Assembly: GCA_044345405.1 (NCBI GenBank)
Contig: JBIJBE010000009.1
Span: forward strand, 28,773 to 92,772
Direction of reading: 5' to 3'
Source: Bdellovibrionota bacterium
GTDB taxonomy: Bacteria > Bdellovibrionota_C > UBA2361 > OMII01
Length of the DNA stretch: 64,000 bases
The stretch's first letter is position 1, and each line of letters begins with the position of its first letter. Under the pieces are notes generated by a model. It was given only the letters and a program-made list of their open reading frames with translations. It was not told the DNA's origin and did no database searches. Of the stretch, positions 49,572-64,000 are shown in pieces. The position numbers were made by a program, and so were the translations under genes.

Positions 49572-50963
49572 TTACGCCGCCTTTGCCCGCCGCGTCGACG
49601 TCGGCTGCCACACGGCGAGGTCAAAGATAATAGCGGTCCCCTCACCCTCTCGGCTTAGGATTCGCAGGTTGCCACCATGAAGTCGGGCTACCTCTGAGGC
49701 GACGGAGAGTCCGATACCGGAGCCTTGCACCCGACCCTTCACGTTAGCGCCCCGCACAAACCGCTCGGAGACCCTCGTGAGTTGCTCCTCAGGAATACCA
49801 ACGCCGGTATCGTGAATCATCACTCGTATCTTTTGATCGAGGTGCGCGATGCTCACATCGATACGACCGCGTGGTGGGGTATATCGAATGGCGTTGTCCA
49901 CGAGGTTACGCACCATTCGCTCAAGAAGCTCTACGTTCCCATGAACGAGTGGAACTCCTTTGGGTATTCCTACTGATATCTCGAGCTGCTTCTCGTCGCA
50001 GATCGGCTTTACCGCCATGACGCAATCCATCAAGAGATCCGCGATAGAGAGCGGCTCCATCGAAACCTCGTGATCGGTCGCTTGAATCCTTGAGATATGG
50101 TGCAGGTCGTTCAACATCGCCGCGGCTGATTTGGTGCTTCGAAGGGCGACGTTTAAATCGTGCGAGGAGAAGGCACCCTTCTCTTGCATAGACTCGAGCG
50201 CGCCTTGGATAGAGGTAAGGGGACCTCGAAGGTCGTGCGAGAGCACGGCGAGCTCGGTCGATACAGCTTTGAGTTTTCGGTACATCAGGAGGAACACGAT
50301 CGCTACGATGATACCCGTTGAGAGGATCGCCATCGCGAAAGTTGAGAGTCCAAGTCTGAGGCCGGCGGCGCGTTCAAAATAGCTCTGCATCGTGCCACTT
50401 GAGGTAACCACGTAGAGATAGTGATCCCCTCCTCCCAGCCGAATCGGCGCCGCTGAGAACGGGACCTTCGCCTCGTAATCGTGTGGGTCATCGCCCACAA
50501 CAACCTCTTGAGGTCCGACGTGACCATCACCAAGTAGCTTCACGGGACGAATATCTATGAATGGTAGCTGCGCTCGCCCGTATCGTTGTGGGGCGTACTT
50601 CACGATCCCGTGTTCATCAACGATGTAGAGACGAACGTTCGGATTGATAGCCGCGACCTCATTGAGGCGCATCTGAAGCTCAGCGTGATTGAACTGCTCA
50701 CTATACACCCGAAGTTTGTCAGCAAGCTGTGTGGCGACGTGTCGATACAGTGTTGACTCAGTTTTCTGAAGAGCGTTGGTCGAGAGCTGGGTCACCGCGA
50801 AGCCTTGCACGATTATCAGAAGACCCACGATGACGGCGCCAGCGAGCAGTACAGACGTAGGCACGTAGGTCCGCGCTGTACGAATACTCAAGCACGCTAC
50901 CTCCCAAACCGAATGAAGGGTCTGGCGGAAAGTCGAGACAGATTTACGCAGCCGCTCGCCCAT
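49572..50963 (-). CDS. Membrane sensor histidine kinase
   Basis: Two TM segments; SHDLRGPLTSI, NLVDNAIRY, DTGVGI, GSGIGL. Confidence 0.93.
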   Translation of the reverse strand: MGERLRKSVSTFRQTLHSVWEVACLSIRTARTYVPTSVLLAGAVIVGLLIIVQGFAVTQLSTNALQKTESTLYRHVATQLADKLRVYSEQFNHAELQMRLNEVAAINPNVRLYIVDEHGIVKYAPQRYGRAQLPFIDIRPVKLLGDGHVGPQEVVVGDDPHDYEAKVPFSAAPIRLGGGDHYLYVVTSSGTMQSYFERAAGLRLGLSTFAMAILSTGIIVAIVFLLMYRKLKAVSTELAVLSHDLRGPLTSIQGALESMQEKGAFSSHDLNVALRSTKSAAAMLNDLHHISRIQATDHEVSMEPLSIADLLMDCVMAVKPICDEKQLEISVGIPKGVPLVHGNVELLERMVRNLVDNAIRYTPPRGRIDVSIAHLDQKIRVMIHDTGVGIPEEQLTRVSERFVRGANVKGRVQGSGIGLSVASEVARLHGGNLRILSREGEGTAIIFDLAVWQPTSTRRAKAA

Positions 50964-51663
50964 CGTTAGTTCCTACAAATTTGTACCCAACTCCCCACAC
51001 GGTGTGGATGTAGGTTGGCTCACTTGGATCCGGCTCTAATTTCGCCCGGAGGCGATTGATATGTGTATTCACCGTGTGCTCATACGCGGATGAGGTGTAT
51101 CCCCACACCGAGGTGAGAAGTTGGTCACGAGAGAATGTGCGCCCCACATTTTTGACGAGGAAGGTGAGGAGCTCAAATTCTGTCGAAGTTAGATCGAGCT
51201 TTGCCCCTCGAGCGAACGCCTCATGCGCGGCGATATCTATCTCAACATCTCCAACTTTAAGATTCTTTACCGATGAGACCTCCTCACCAGTCGTTCGGCG
51301 CAAGACCGCTTTCGCTCGCGCGATGACCTCTCGTGGGCTAAAAGGTTTGGTCATGTAATCATCAGCTCCGAGCTCAAGTCCGAGGATCTTATCGATCTCC
51401 TCTCCACGGGTGGTGAGCATGATTATCGCGGCGCCAACCCCTTTTGATCGCATCTGTCGGCATATCTCCATGCCGTCCTTACCAGGAAGCGCGACATCGA
51501 GGATCACAAGGTCGTAGCTATCCGAGAGCGCGAGCTCTAAGCCACGATTACCATCAAGGGTATCGGTCACGAGGAACCCGTTGTCTTTTAGGTGTTGAAC
51601 GAGAAGCTCTCGAACGCTGGAATCGTCCTCAACAACGAGAACTCGTTTATCAGATGTGCTCAT
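50944..51663 (-). CDS. OmpR/PhoB family response regulator
   Basis: VLVVEDD, LDVALP, GADDYMTKPF, HINRLRAKLE, TVWGVGY; start placed at MSTSDK. Confidence 0.95.
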   Translation of the reverse strand: MSTSDKRVLVVEDDSSVRELLVQHLKDNGFLVTDTLDGNRGLELALSDSYDLVILDVALPGKDGMEICRQMRSKGVGAAIIMLTTRGEEIDKILGLELGADDYMTKPFSPREVIARAKAVLRRTTGEEVSSVKNLKVGDVEIDIAAHEAFARGAKLDLTSTEFELLTFLVKNVGRTFSRDQLLTSVWGYTSSAYEHTVNTHINRLRAKLEPDPSEPTYIHTVWGVGYKFVGTNDGRAAA

Positions 51664-51768
51664 ACGCAAAACCCCCGATAGAACCGGATACTTGGTTGTT
51701 ATGGGGTGTTTGGGGTGGAATGTGATGGAAGGGGTAAGGGGCTGAGATAATGGGGGATGTTTGGTGCC

Positions 51769-51853
51769 CCGGAGGGCCCGTCTCCTGACGGGCCGGAAGC
51801 CGCACCGATAATGTGTTCGCAAGTTCCGGCCCGTGTGGACACGGCCCCTCCGG
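51769..51853. repeat. Inverted REP-like doublet (REPIN/BIME-like)
   Basis: CCGGAG-GGCCCGTC-TCCT-GACGGGCC ... GGCCCGTG-TGGA-CACGGCCC-CTCCGG. Confidence 0.85.
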
Positions 51854-51857
51854 AATC

Positions 51858-54412
<2,555 letters not shown>

Positions 54413-54420
54413 TTTATTGT

Positions 54421-54694
54421 GACCGGGCACGCCGGATGCCGCTCATTCCTGAGCGCCGTGTTGCGTGAGGCAAAGATCGTTCGCTATGCGCGGCGTTGTG
54501 GCGACCAGGAATGGTCGCCCTCCGAATTACCGAGCTCAAAAGAAAGGGGCGTCACAGTCGACCCGGCACGCCGGAGGGCGCTCATTCCTGAGCGCCGTGT
54601 TGCGTGAGGCAAAGATCGTTCGCGATGCACGGCGTTGTGACGACCAGGACCCGCCTGCGCTTTGCTACGTCGAGGCAAGCTGGTCGCCCTCCCG
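54421..54694. repeat. Two tandem REP doublets (period 139 bp), the second with a loop insertion
   Basis: GGCGCTCATTCCTGAGCGCC-type at 54438 and 54577; GGCGACCAGGAATGGTCGCC at 54500; filled copy 54639..54692. Confidence 0.9.
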
Positions 54695-54720
54695 ATTACT
54701 GGGTCAAATGGAATGAATTC

Positions 54721-55824
54721 CTAGGGCAACCCAACCCGATTCAAAAACTCCACCTGTATCTCCCCCCACATCCGATACCCCTTAGCATTGAAGTGCATGT
54801 CGCCTGGAATGTAGATCTCTTGAGGCGGGGTGGTACCGAGCTTCTGTTTAAAGGCTTCGACAGGGTTAAGGAATGGAACGTTTTCCTTTGCGCACACGGA
54901 AGCTATGTCGTTCATCGGTTCAAGGGACCACTTCCCTTGGAGCTGCTGAAGATGTGGGACCGCGGTTACCACTATCTTAATTCCGCTCGCTTTCGCGAGG
55001 TTTACAACACGGCTGAGCATATCCATGCTGTGGAGCACGTCCTGCCGAGTCTGTGGAGAGCGCCTAGGGTCGCACCATGCGAAGGCTGCTGGCACTAAGC
55101 CACTATCACGCGCATAGTTGCGTCGATGCGACACAGCCTGAACTACTAACTTTACCGCGGCAGACCTGTCGGAGAGCCAACTGAGAACGCGTTGCGAGGG
55201 GGTGATCTCTTCAAGTCCATGCTCCGTTCTGCGATGGGTCCCGAGCATTGGATGTCCAGGTGGACAGGCGACCGGATCTCCCTGGGTGTCGGTTCGTAGG
55301 GTAGCGCTATAAAGGGAGTCATCAAAGACATCGGTCATATCCACATTCACAACTACCAAGTCTGGGCGATAGGCGAGAACTTTGGTCTTGAGGAGAAGAT
55401 AGTAAAGGGTTGGAGCGTACGATGCGGTGCCAGCATTGAGCACATCAACAGTTTCATATCCGGGAACACGAAATGACCGTTCCACAATCGCCGGGACTGA
55501 GTCGGCCTCAGGGCACGTTCCCTCAATAAACGAATCACCGAGATACGCGATACGATAGGCTCGCTCTGCCTTCTGCTGAGATACCTCACGCTCCATGATA
55601 AAACCCTGGCTGTTCACTTTTCGCGTGAAGGGGGGGATTCCCGCCTTCTCGAAATCGCGCACGATACGGGTTTGGCCCGGAATCCAAACGTGATTGAGCA
55701 CCGCGTCAGTCATAAGGATTGGTGACGCACTCTTGTAAAAAGAGCGCGCACTCAGCTCAGCGACAACCAAAAAAATGATCGTCGGTCCGAGCCAAATGCA
55801 CGCTCTTTTGAGAAACGCTTTCAG
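54721..55824 (-). CDS. SGNH/GDSL hydrolase family membrane-anchored protein
   Basis: LGDSF, NAG, DMHFN; frame open to CTG 55824 with AAGGAG 6 nt upstream (the ORF track start is 55770). Confidence 0.82.
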   Translation of the reverse strand: MKAFLKRACIWLGPTIIFLVVAELSARSFYKSASPILMTDAVLNHVWIPGQTRIVRDFEKAGIPPFTRKVNSQGFIMEREVSQQKAERAYRIAYLGDSFIEGTCPEADSVPAIVERSFRVPGYETVDVLNAGTASYAPTLYYLLLKTKVLAYRPDLVVVNVDMTDVFDDSLYSATLRTDTQGDPVACPPGHPMLGTHRRTEHGLEEITPSQRVLSWLSDRSAAVKLVVQAVSHRRNYARDSGLVPAAFAWCDPRRSPQTRQDVLHSMDMLSRVVNLAKASGIKIVVTAVPHLQQLQGKWSLEPMNDIASVCAKENVPFLNPVEAFKQKLGTTPPQEIYIPGDMHFNAKGYRMWGEIQVEFLNRVGLP

Positions 55825-55834
55825 GAGCTACTCC

Positions 55835-56710
55835 TTACTTACTAAGCACATCCTTCATCTTCGAACCGAGCTCGTGCGGAGATCGGACCGTGTGAATTCC
55901 GGCGGCCTGGAGAGCCTTGAACTTAGCCTCAGCGGTGTCATCAGCTCCGCCGATGATAGCGCCAGCGTGGCCCATGCGTCGCCCTGGAGGAGCGGTCGCT
56001 CCCGCGATGAACGATACGATCGGCTTCTTCATGTTGTTGTCCCGTACCCAGTTAGCGGCCTGAACCTCAGCGTTACCACCGATCTCACCGATCATAACAA
56101 CCGCGTCCGTATCTGGATCCTCGTTGAACATCTTTAAGCAGTCGATGAAGTTCGTGCCGTTCAGTGGGTCTCCACCGATACCGATACAGGTCGACTGTCC
56201 CATGCCGAGGTGCGAGAGCTGGAATACCGCCTCGTACGTGAGCGTTCCCGATCGGGAAACCACGCCGATGCGTCCTGGCTTGTGGATGAAGCCCGGCATG
56301 ATGCCGATCTTCGCCTCACCAGGGGTGATGATTCCTGGACAGTTTGGTCCGATCAAACGGGTACGACGTCCCTGCATGTAGGTCGCGACCTTGAGCATGT
56401 CCAATACTGGAATACCCTCGGTGATGCAGATAACGAGATCGAGGTCAGCGTCCACCGCTTCCATGATCGCGTCAGCCGCGAAGGGAGGTGGAACGTAAAT
56501 GATCGATACGTTCGCGCCGGCCTGCTTCTTGGCCTCGTGAACGGTGTCGTAGAGGGGGATTCCCTCAAATTCCTGTCCACCCTTACCTGGGGTTACTCCC
56601 GCCACCATCTGTGTGCCGTACTCACGGCACGCGCGGGTATGGAACGCGCCGGTCTTACCGGTGATTCCTTGAGTTACTACACGTGTATTTTTATTTACGA
56701 GAACGCTCAT
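55835..56710 (-). CDS. sucD: Succinyl-CoA synthetase alpha subunit
   Basis: [26 protein letters not shown]. Confidence 0.98.
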   Translation of the reverse strand: MSVLVNKNTRVVTQGITGKTGAFHTRACREYGTQMVAGVTPGKGGQEFEGIPLYDTVHEAKKQAGANVSIIYVPPPFAADAIMEAVDADLDLVICITEGIPVLDMLKVATYMQGRRTRLIGPNCPGIITPGEAKIGIMPGFIHKPGRIGVVSRSGTLTYEAVFQLSHLGMGQSTCIGIGGDPLNGTNFIDCLKMFNEDPDTDAVVMIGEIGGNAEVQAANWVRDNNMKKPIVSFIAGATAPPGRRMGHAGAIIGGADDTAEAKFKALQAAGIHTVRSPHELGSKMKDVLSK

Positions 56711-56723
56711 CGTCTCTCCTTCC

Positions 56724-57884
56724 TTACTTCGCTAAAGCGACAATTTTCTTAGCCGCGTCATCCATGGTATCCGCTGGCGTAATCGCGAGGCCTGAGTCCG
56801 CGAGAAGCTTGCGTCCAAGATCTACGTTTGTTCCTTGGAGTCGAACGACGAGAGGAACCTTGAGTCCCACCTCCTTCGCTGCCTCAATAACGCCTGTGGC
56901 GATCACGTCACACTTCATGATTCCGCCGAAGATGTTGATGAGGATTCCCTTCACCTTAGAATCTGAGAGAAGGATACGGAACGCTTCCGTTACGTTCTCC
57001 TTCGTCGCTCCACCACCTACATCGAGGAAATTCGCTGGCTCACCACCGAACTCCTTAATGATGTCCATGGTCGCCATGGCGAGACCGGCTCCGTTTACGA
57101 GACATCCGATGTTGCCATCGAGTCCAACGTAGTTGAGTCCGTACTTCTGAGCGCGGAGATCTCTAGGATCCATCTCATCGTAGTCCATCATCTCGTGGAT
57201 AGCTTTCTGTCGGAACGCCGCGTTGTCCTCAAGCGCGACCTTCGCGTCGAGGAGCACGAAGGTGTTCTCCTTCGTAAGCACGAGTGGGTTAATCTCAAGC
57301 ATCGCGAGGTCTGAGCCCATGAACGCTTTGTAGAGCCCCTTCACAACCTCAACGAAGTTCTTTCGAGCCTCGACTGGAATAGCGAGGTCGATAGCGAGCT
57401 TCGAAGCTTGGAATCCTTGGAGTCCAACCTTTGGGTCAACGCGAACCGTGAGGATCTTCTCAGGGGTGTTGTGAGCGACCTCCTCGATCTCCATACCGCC
57501 CTCTGTGGAGGCGATGATAGAGACACAGCGGCTAGCGCGATCAACGAGGATACTGAGGTAGTATTCCTTCGCGATGTTGCATCCCGCCTCGACGTACACC
57601 TTATGAACGATCTTACCCTCAGCGCCTGTTTGAGGGGTTACGAGCTTCATTCCCAAGATCTTTTGCGCGTGTTCACGAGCCTCAGCGGAGCTCTTCGCGA
57701 GCTTCACGCCACCAGCTTTACCGCGACCACCGGCGTGAACTTGCGCCTTTACAACGCAGATTCCACCGCCAAGGTTATCAGCCGCGGCCTCAGCCTCGCC
57801 CGGTGTGTAGCACAGGTAGCCATTCAAGATCGGCAAGCCGTACCCTTTCAGCACCTGCTTTGCTTGATATTCGTGGAGATTCAT
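56724..57884 (-). CDS. sucC: Succinyl-CoA synthetase beta subunit
   Basis: [36 protein letters not shown]. Confidence 0.98.
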   Translation of the reverse strand: MNLHEYQAKQVLKGYGLPILNGYLCYTPGEAEAAADNLGGGICVVKAQVHAGGRGKAGGVKLAKSSAEAREHAQKILGMKLVTPQTGAEGKIVHKVYVEAGCNIAKEYYLSILVDRASRCVSIIASTEGGMEIEEVAHNTPEKILTVRVDPKVGLQGFQASKLAIDLAIPVEARKNFVEVVKGLYKAFMGSDLAMLEINPLVLTKENTFVLLDAKVALEDNAAFRQKAIHEMMDYDEMDPRDLRAQKYGLNYVGLDGNIGCLVNGAGLAMATMDIIKEFGGEPANFLDVGGGATKENVTEAFRILLSDSKVKGILINIFGGIMKCDVIATGVIEAAKEVGLKVPLVVRLQGTNVDLGRKLLADSGLAITPADTMDDAAKKIVALAK

Positions 57885-57911
57885 ATGTTTTTCCTACGTA
57901 CGTGTTGTTGA

Positions 57912-60030
<2,119 letters not shown>

Positions 60031-60031
<1 letters not shown>

Positions 60032-61119
60032 TACTTTACCTCCGAAGAATTTTCACGTTGCGTTGTGGCTCCCGCGAGCTTCTTCACCCAGGTGTCAAAA
60101 TCGTACGGGTCAACATTTGAGACAACGCCGCCTTTGAGCGAGCCAAGAAACTGCGCGAGTTGGAGCGCCACGTACACGTCACCTCCAACCTTCGCGAGGA
60201 CATCACCTCGCATCTTATCGACATTCGCTTTGGCTTCCGCCACAAGGAGGTCTCCCTGCGCGTATTTTTCACGACGATAGAGGTCTCCCTCAGAGCGAAT
60301 CATATCAGCGTCACCAACGCCACGCTTCTCAAGGCTTTGGATCGCGACATTACCATCGGCCTCTACCTGGTTTACATCGCGCTGAGCTTCCGCGAATTCT
60401 CCGGCAACCTTATTGTAGGCCGACTCAAGCTCTTGCAAATTCTTTTTGAAGATCGCTTGGTCGATCTCATCTCGATAGCGATAGCGACGGAGAAGGACCG
60501 CCTGAACATTCACTCCGAGCGGAGCGAGGCGCTCTCGCAGAACCTCTTCGGCTACCTTTACGCGAGCCTCTCGAGCGCCCGGCTCATAAAACTCAACGGT
60601 CGAAAGCGCGCTCAGTGCTCGTTTCAACTCATTCTCGGCGACCTGCGAGAGATACCGAGACCACTGAACGTCAGTCGCGCCAACATTTTGAATCAGATCA
60701 GCTGGGCCACCGTGTTTGATTCCTTCGGATTCTCCCTGAGAGGAGAAGAAGCGATAGACGACCGCGGCATCAACATCGACCGTAGTTCCATCGACCGTGG
60801 GAATGTCGAGAGATCGGGGCGCGGAGAAATCAAGAATACGAAGGGTCTGCGGCACCATGTACACCGTTGAGTAGTACGGAACCGCCCATTGGAGACCCGG
60901 GGGAAGGGATCGGTGTCGTAGTCCTTGGCCCGGACCGAAGGCGATCTTTCGAACGCCGACAGCGCCAACCGGAACGATCGTGCCGAACACGAACGCGATG
61001 ACCGCGAGCGTCCCGCCAACCAGGGCGAGGAATACGATGAACGAGGTGAGGAAGCGCCCGTGCTCACGAACGCGAGCACGACGAGCTTCAGTCATTGAAG
61101 GTGTTGTATCAGCAGCCAT
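60031..61119 (-). CDS. SPFH domain membrane protein
   Basis: N-terminal TM; PGLQWAVP, TVDGTTVDVD band-7 motifs; stop overlaps the next start. Confidence 0.82.
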
Positions 61120-61479
61120 GAGGACGTCTTACCTTATGAGTGAGAAACCCACGCTGGTGGAGCGCAGTGGGTGTGAGGGATCGAGTAACACGACAGGGGG
61201 AGGATCGCAACTTAGGAAATTGAAATGACTCACAAATTCGGGTCGAGAAGCCATACAATCACCTAGGGAGCTCGGTTAGGCACCGCCCTACCCTGCGCGC
61301 CCCGGTTCCTGCCAGGGCGACCGTCCCCAGTCGCCGAAATGTCGCGCAGGTCATAAGGCATTTGCTTGACGCAAATCGGCGAACGAGAGACGGCAATCCA
61401 CGGGGCGGCGAGCGGTGAATTTCAAGGAACAGACATATAATTACGGGGACTTGAGAAACGAAGGCTTCAAAGACTTCAA

Positions 61480-61545
61480 CCTACGCTAAAGCTTCGGTGG
61501 ACAGGCAAGCGGATTGCGCGCCGTAGCTGGTAAGAGCGCAGGTGG
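61480..61545. repeat. Free-standing inverted pair of second-family hairpins
   Basis: CCTACGCTAAAGCTTCGGTGGACAGG followed by an inverted GCCGTAGCT...AGCGCAGG copy. Confidence 0.65.
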
Positions 61546-61718
61546 GAACGCCTCAAACTTCAGACTGAGAACTGCAAACATAAGCCTCGTACAAAAGTGG
61601 TAAGTCGCTGCACGCGCAGAAGTAGTATGAGGCTCTGAATATGGGTAGCGCTTTACTCACAAATAGGTGTTCCTTTTTGAAGGTATACCTTTAGGAGAGC
61701 GGCTATGCCCTCCTTAGC

Positions 61719-64000
61719 TCACTTTGAACCCGCACTGACCGTCCGATGAGTCCTGCTGATATTCTGAGCTCGCATGAGCTTGTAGGCTTCAGGAAGTTTA
61801 AAGAGGGAGGAAGTCTCCGAATCGGTTGTTAAAAACCTTCGATAAACGACTCGCGACTGATTGTCGGCCCAGAATACGCCGGGAGCCTGTTGGTTACTTT
61901 CGCGTGTAAAGATCCCCGTTCCGATGGTCGCGTTTCGAGAGATGTAGAATAGCGGGAACGCGAAGCTTCCCGCCATTGTTGTTATTCTTATCTGTCGACC
62001 GTTAGAAGTAGTCCCTTCGAGGACCGCAACGAGTGGCACTTGCGTTCCGCCACGGCGAATCACGAATCCACGAAGGAACTGATTGTATCCCGTGAATAGT
62101 TTGCGGGCGCCAGATGTATCGAAAGCGGCTAGAGCGGCCTTGCGCCTGGTAGTTCTAGGTACGCTAAAAAGAATTTCATCTTTACCGTCTGCATCAGTAT
62201 CGCCACAGCCTAGTAGGTTCCCATTGCCAAGCTTGTCTAGGGTCACTACTCGGGTTGTAGAATTGTCGAAGCTCCTGAATGAGAGTTGACGCTTTTCCCT
62301 ATTGAACACGGCGAGAGCACTGCCCCCGTTTGTAAAGAAGTCGCAACCTGAGATGATAGTTTCCCCAACATCTCCAAATATCGCTGTTGAAGTGGTTCCC
62401 GTTGACGAACGTTTTATGTTCCATTGGAGCCGTTCACCAGCTACCGCTACAGCAGCAAGATCCGTCACTCCATCGTTATCATAGTCGGCTGGTGCGGGGT
62501 AACGACCCGTCAGTTCGAAGGTGGTCCAGGAGGCTTGCGAGGCTCTCCGAGTCTTGAAGCGCATCTTACTTCCTTCTCTACGCCATGCAGTGATAGCGGT
62601 ATCTCCGGTGGCGGAGAAATCAAGAGGTGCTGCATCAAGGACTGTAACCATAGTTGGCGCAGACGGGGGGCCTCTGTTTCCCGACTCATCAATAAAGATG
62701 GCTACAATCTGTCGTATTCCTGCCGAAAGCGGGGGAAGATTGAACTCCCCGACCCCCGTTGCAGGGCCCGAACCAGGAGTTGTGGCTGAGGCAGTTCCGA
62801 CAACGATGCCGTCGACTTGAATTTCCACAATATACCTTGGATTTCCTGTTACCGAGATGTTGATTGATTGGCCAGATACTACTACAGGCCCATTTCCGTC
62901 GGATGCTTGAGGAGGAGCATCATTAAAGGCAGGAGCAGATGGCTGCGGAATCGCTGGTAGCACCGGTGGTGGTGCAATTGGTGTAGCGATCGGTGCGGGT
63001 GTCTCGGTCGGGATAGCCGCAGGCGTATTCGTATAGGTCGGCGTTACCGTTGGTGTGTTCGTTGGAGTGCTCGTGAAGGTCGGAGTATTTGTCGGCGTTG
63101 CAGTCGGAGTCTCCGTTGGCGTTGCAGTCGGCGTAGCCGTAGGAGTCGGGGTGGGTGTCGGGCCACTTAGGGAGCTGACAACCTCTCCGGAAGAGCTACC
63201 ACTTCGGTTCCACAACGCCGCGATCTGGGAAGAGCCCCCCGAATCGAGCGCGCTTGAGACTGAGAGCGGGCTCCCCGTAGAGCTCGCCGTGGCAGGACTT
63301 GACCACGAGGTGTAGGGGCTACTCGCCTCTGAGTAGCTAACGACACCACTATCAACGAACCAAGCGGCAAGGTTTGATGTGGCGGTATAGTATCCTCCGG
63401 CGACTGAAGCCGCGGTGCCCGTTAGTACCGTCGTAGCGCTACTCCACGAAGCCGACGGCGAGCCTGAATAGGTCTTCATCATCACATCGTTGTTACTATC
63501 GATGTAGAAGAGGTGTGCTGCGCCGCTTGAGCCGGCTACGAGGGAGGCGGTGGAGTTGGCGAACTGGCTCTTGACTGCTACGAGCTGTACGTAACTCAGA
63601 GCCACACCCACACCCCCCGCATAGAGGTTTCCACTTGAGTCAATGGCGAGGGCGGACACGTCGCTATTCATCCCCGTCCCCAGCGCAGACCACGAGGTGC
63701 CGTTCCATTTGGCTATCCTGTTTACGGTGGTGCCCCCGGCCGTCACGAAATTTCCCCCGGCATAGAGGTTTCCGCTTGAGTCAATGGCGAGGGCGTTCAC
63801 TGTGTTACTTGTCCCCGTTCCCAGCGCAGACCACGAGGTACCGTTCCATTTGGCTATGTAGTTTACGGTGGTGCCCCCGGCCGTCGTGAAAGCTCCCCCG
63901 GCATACAGGTTTCCACTTGAGTCAATGGCGAGGGCGTTCACTGTGCCACTCGTCCCCGTTCCCAGCGCAGACCACGAGGTCCCGTTCCATTTTGCTATCC
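61719..64000 (-). CDS. Large surface protein (5' end outside the window): beta-propeller-like repeats, Pro/Thr linker, FG-GAP-like C-terminal domain
   Basis: WNGTSWSALG repeats, PTPTP tract, DYDNDGVTD and DTDADGKDE motifs; frame open to the window end. Confidence 0.88.
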   Translation of the reverse strand, partial: IAKWNGTSWSALGTGTSGTVNALAIDSSGNLYAGGAFTTAGGTTVNYIAKWNGTSWSALGTGTSNTVNALAIDSSGNLYAGGNFVTAGGTTVNRIAKWNGTSWSALGTGMNSDVSALAIDSSGNLYAGGVGVALSYVQLVAVKSQFANSTASLVAGSSGAAHLFYIDSNNDVMMKTYSGSPSASWSSATTVLTGTAASVAGGYYTATSNLAAWFVDSGVVSYSEASSPYTSWSSPATASSTGSPLSVSSALDSGGSSQIAALWNRSGSSSGEVVSSLSGPTPTPTPTATPTATPTETPTATPTNTPTFTSTPTNTPTVTPTYTNTPAAIPTETPAPIATPIAPPPVLPAIPQPSAPAFNDAPPQASDGNGPVVVSGQSINISVTGNPRYIVEIQVDGIVVGTASATTPGSGPATGVGEFNLPPLSAGIRQIVAIFIDESGNRGPPSAPTMVTVLDAAPLDFSATGDTAITAWRREGSKMRFKTRRASQASWTTFELTGRYPAPADYDNDGVTDLAAVAVAGERLQWNIKRSSTGTTSTAIFGDVGETIISGCDFFTNGGSALAVFNREKRQLSFRSFDNSTTRVVTLDKLGNGNLLGCGDTDADGKDEILFSVPRTTRRKAALAAFDTSGARKLFTGYNQFLRGFVIRRGGTQVPLVAVLEGTTSNGRQIRITTMAGSFAFPLFYISRNATIGTGIFTRESNQQAPGVFWADNQSRVVYRRFLTTDSETSSLFKLPEAYKLMRAQNISRTHRTVSAGSK
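63620..64000 (-). repeat. Intragenic 141-bp (47-aa) tandem repeats
   Basis: Near-identical units start at 63620, 63761 and 63902. Confidence 0.9.

Noticed and set aside
54419-55098. Short ORFs across the 54.4-54.7 kb repeats
   Set aside because: Repeat-derived or antisense to the SGNH gene.

Overview
Bacterial chromosomal window of moderately high GC. The secreted trypsin lipoprotein, tandem Lrp regulator and Tgt-MnmC fusion suggest a Bdellovibrionota-like or deltaproteobacterial lineage; this is inference only. The left ~15 kb is a defence island: an EcoKI-like type I R-M operon (hsdR-hsdM-hsdS) followed by a HEPN-like ORF and a second hsdM paralogue with NPPY instead of NPPF. Upstream are a DUF4258-like gene, a degenerate methylase-TRD fusion, and PD-(D/E)xK-like, GIY-YIG and SRA-like/HNH nucleases. 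The 15-43 kb accessory region holds three paralogues of an unrecognised ~160-aa domain (signature SLAASLDYA..K.P.WL..MFG), a TGS1-like methyltransferase, three toxin-antitoxin loci (one toxin frameshifted), a 1650-aa M48-peptidase/UbiB-kinase-like protein, several secreted proteins, a divergent sigma-70 factor and an ankyrin/PcfJ-like gene split by one in-frame TGA. A tRNA(CAT) at 43.1 kb precedes mostly housekeeping genes (hmgA, permease, two-component system, arfB, tgt fusion, sucCD, mdh, SPFH pair). Intergenic regions carry many GGAG-footed REP-like hairpins with compensatory stem changes. In several copies a second ~30-nt hairpin element sits inside the REP loop, and empty and filled versions lie side by side at 54.4-54.7 kb. 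The strongest novelty candidates are the nested repeats, the SLAASLDYA family and the three-methylase type I R-M locus.
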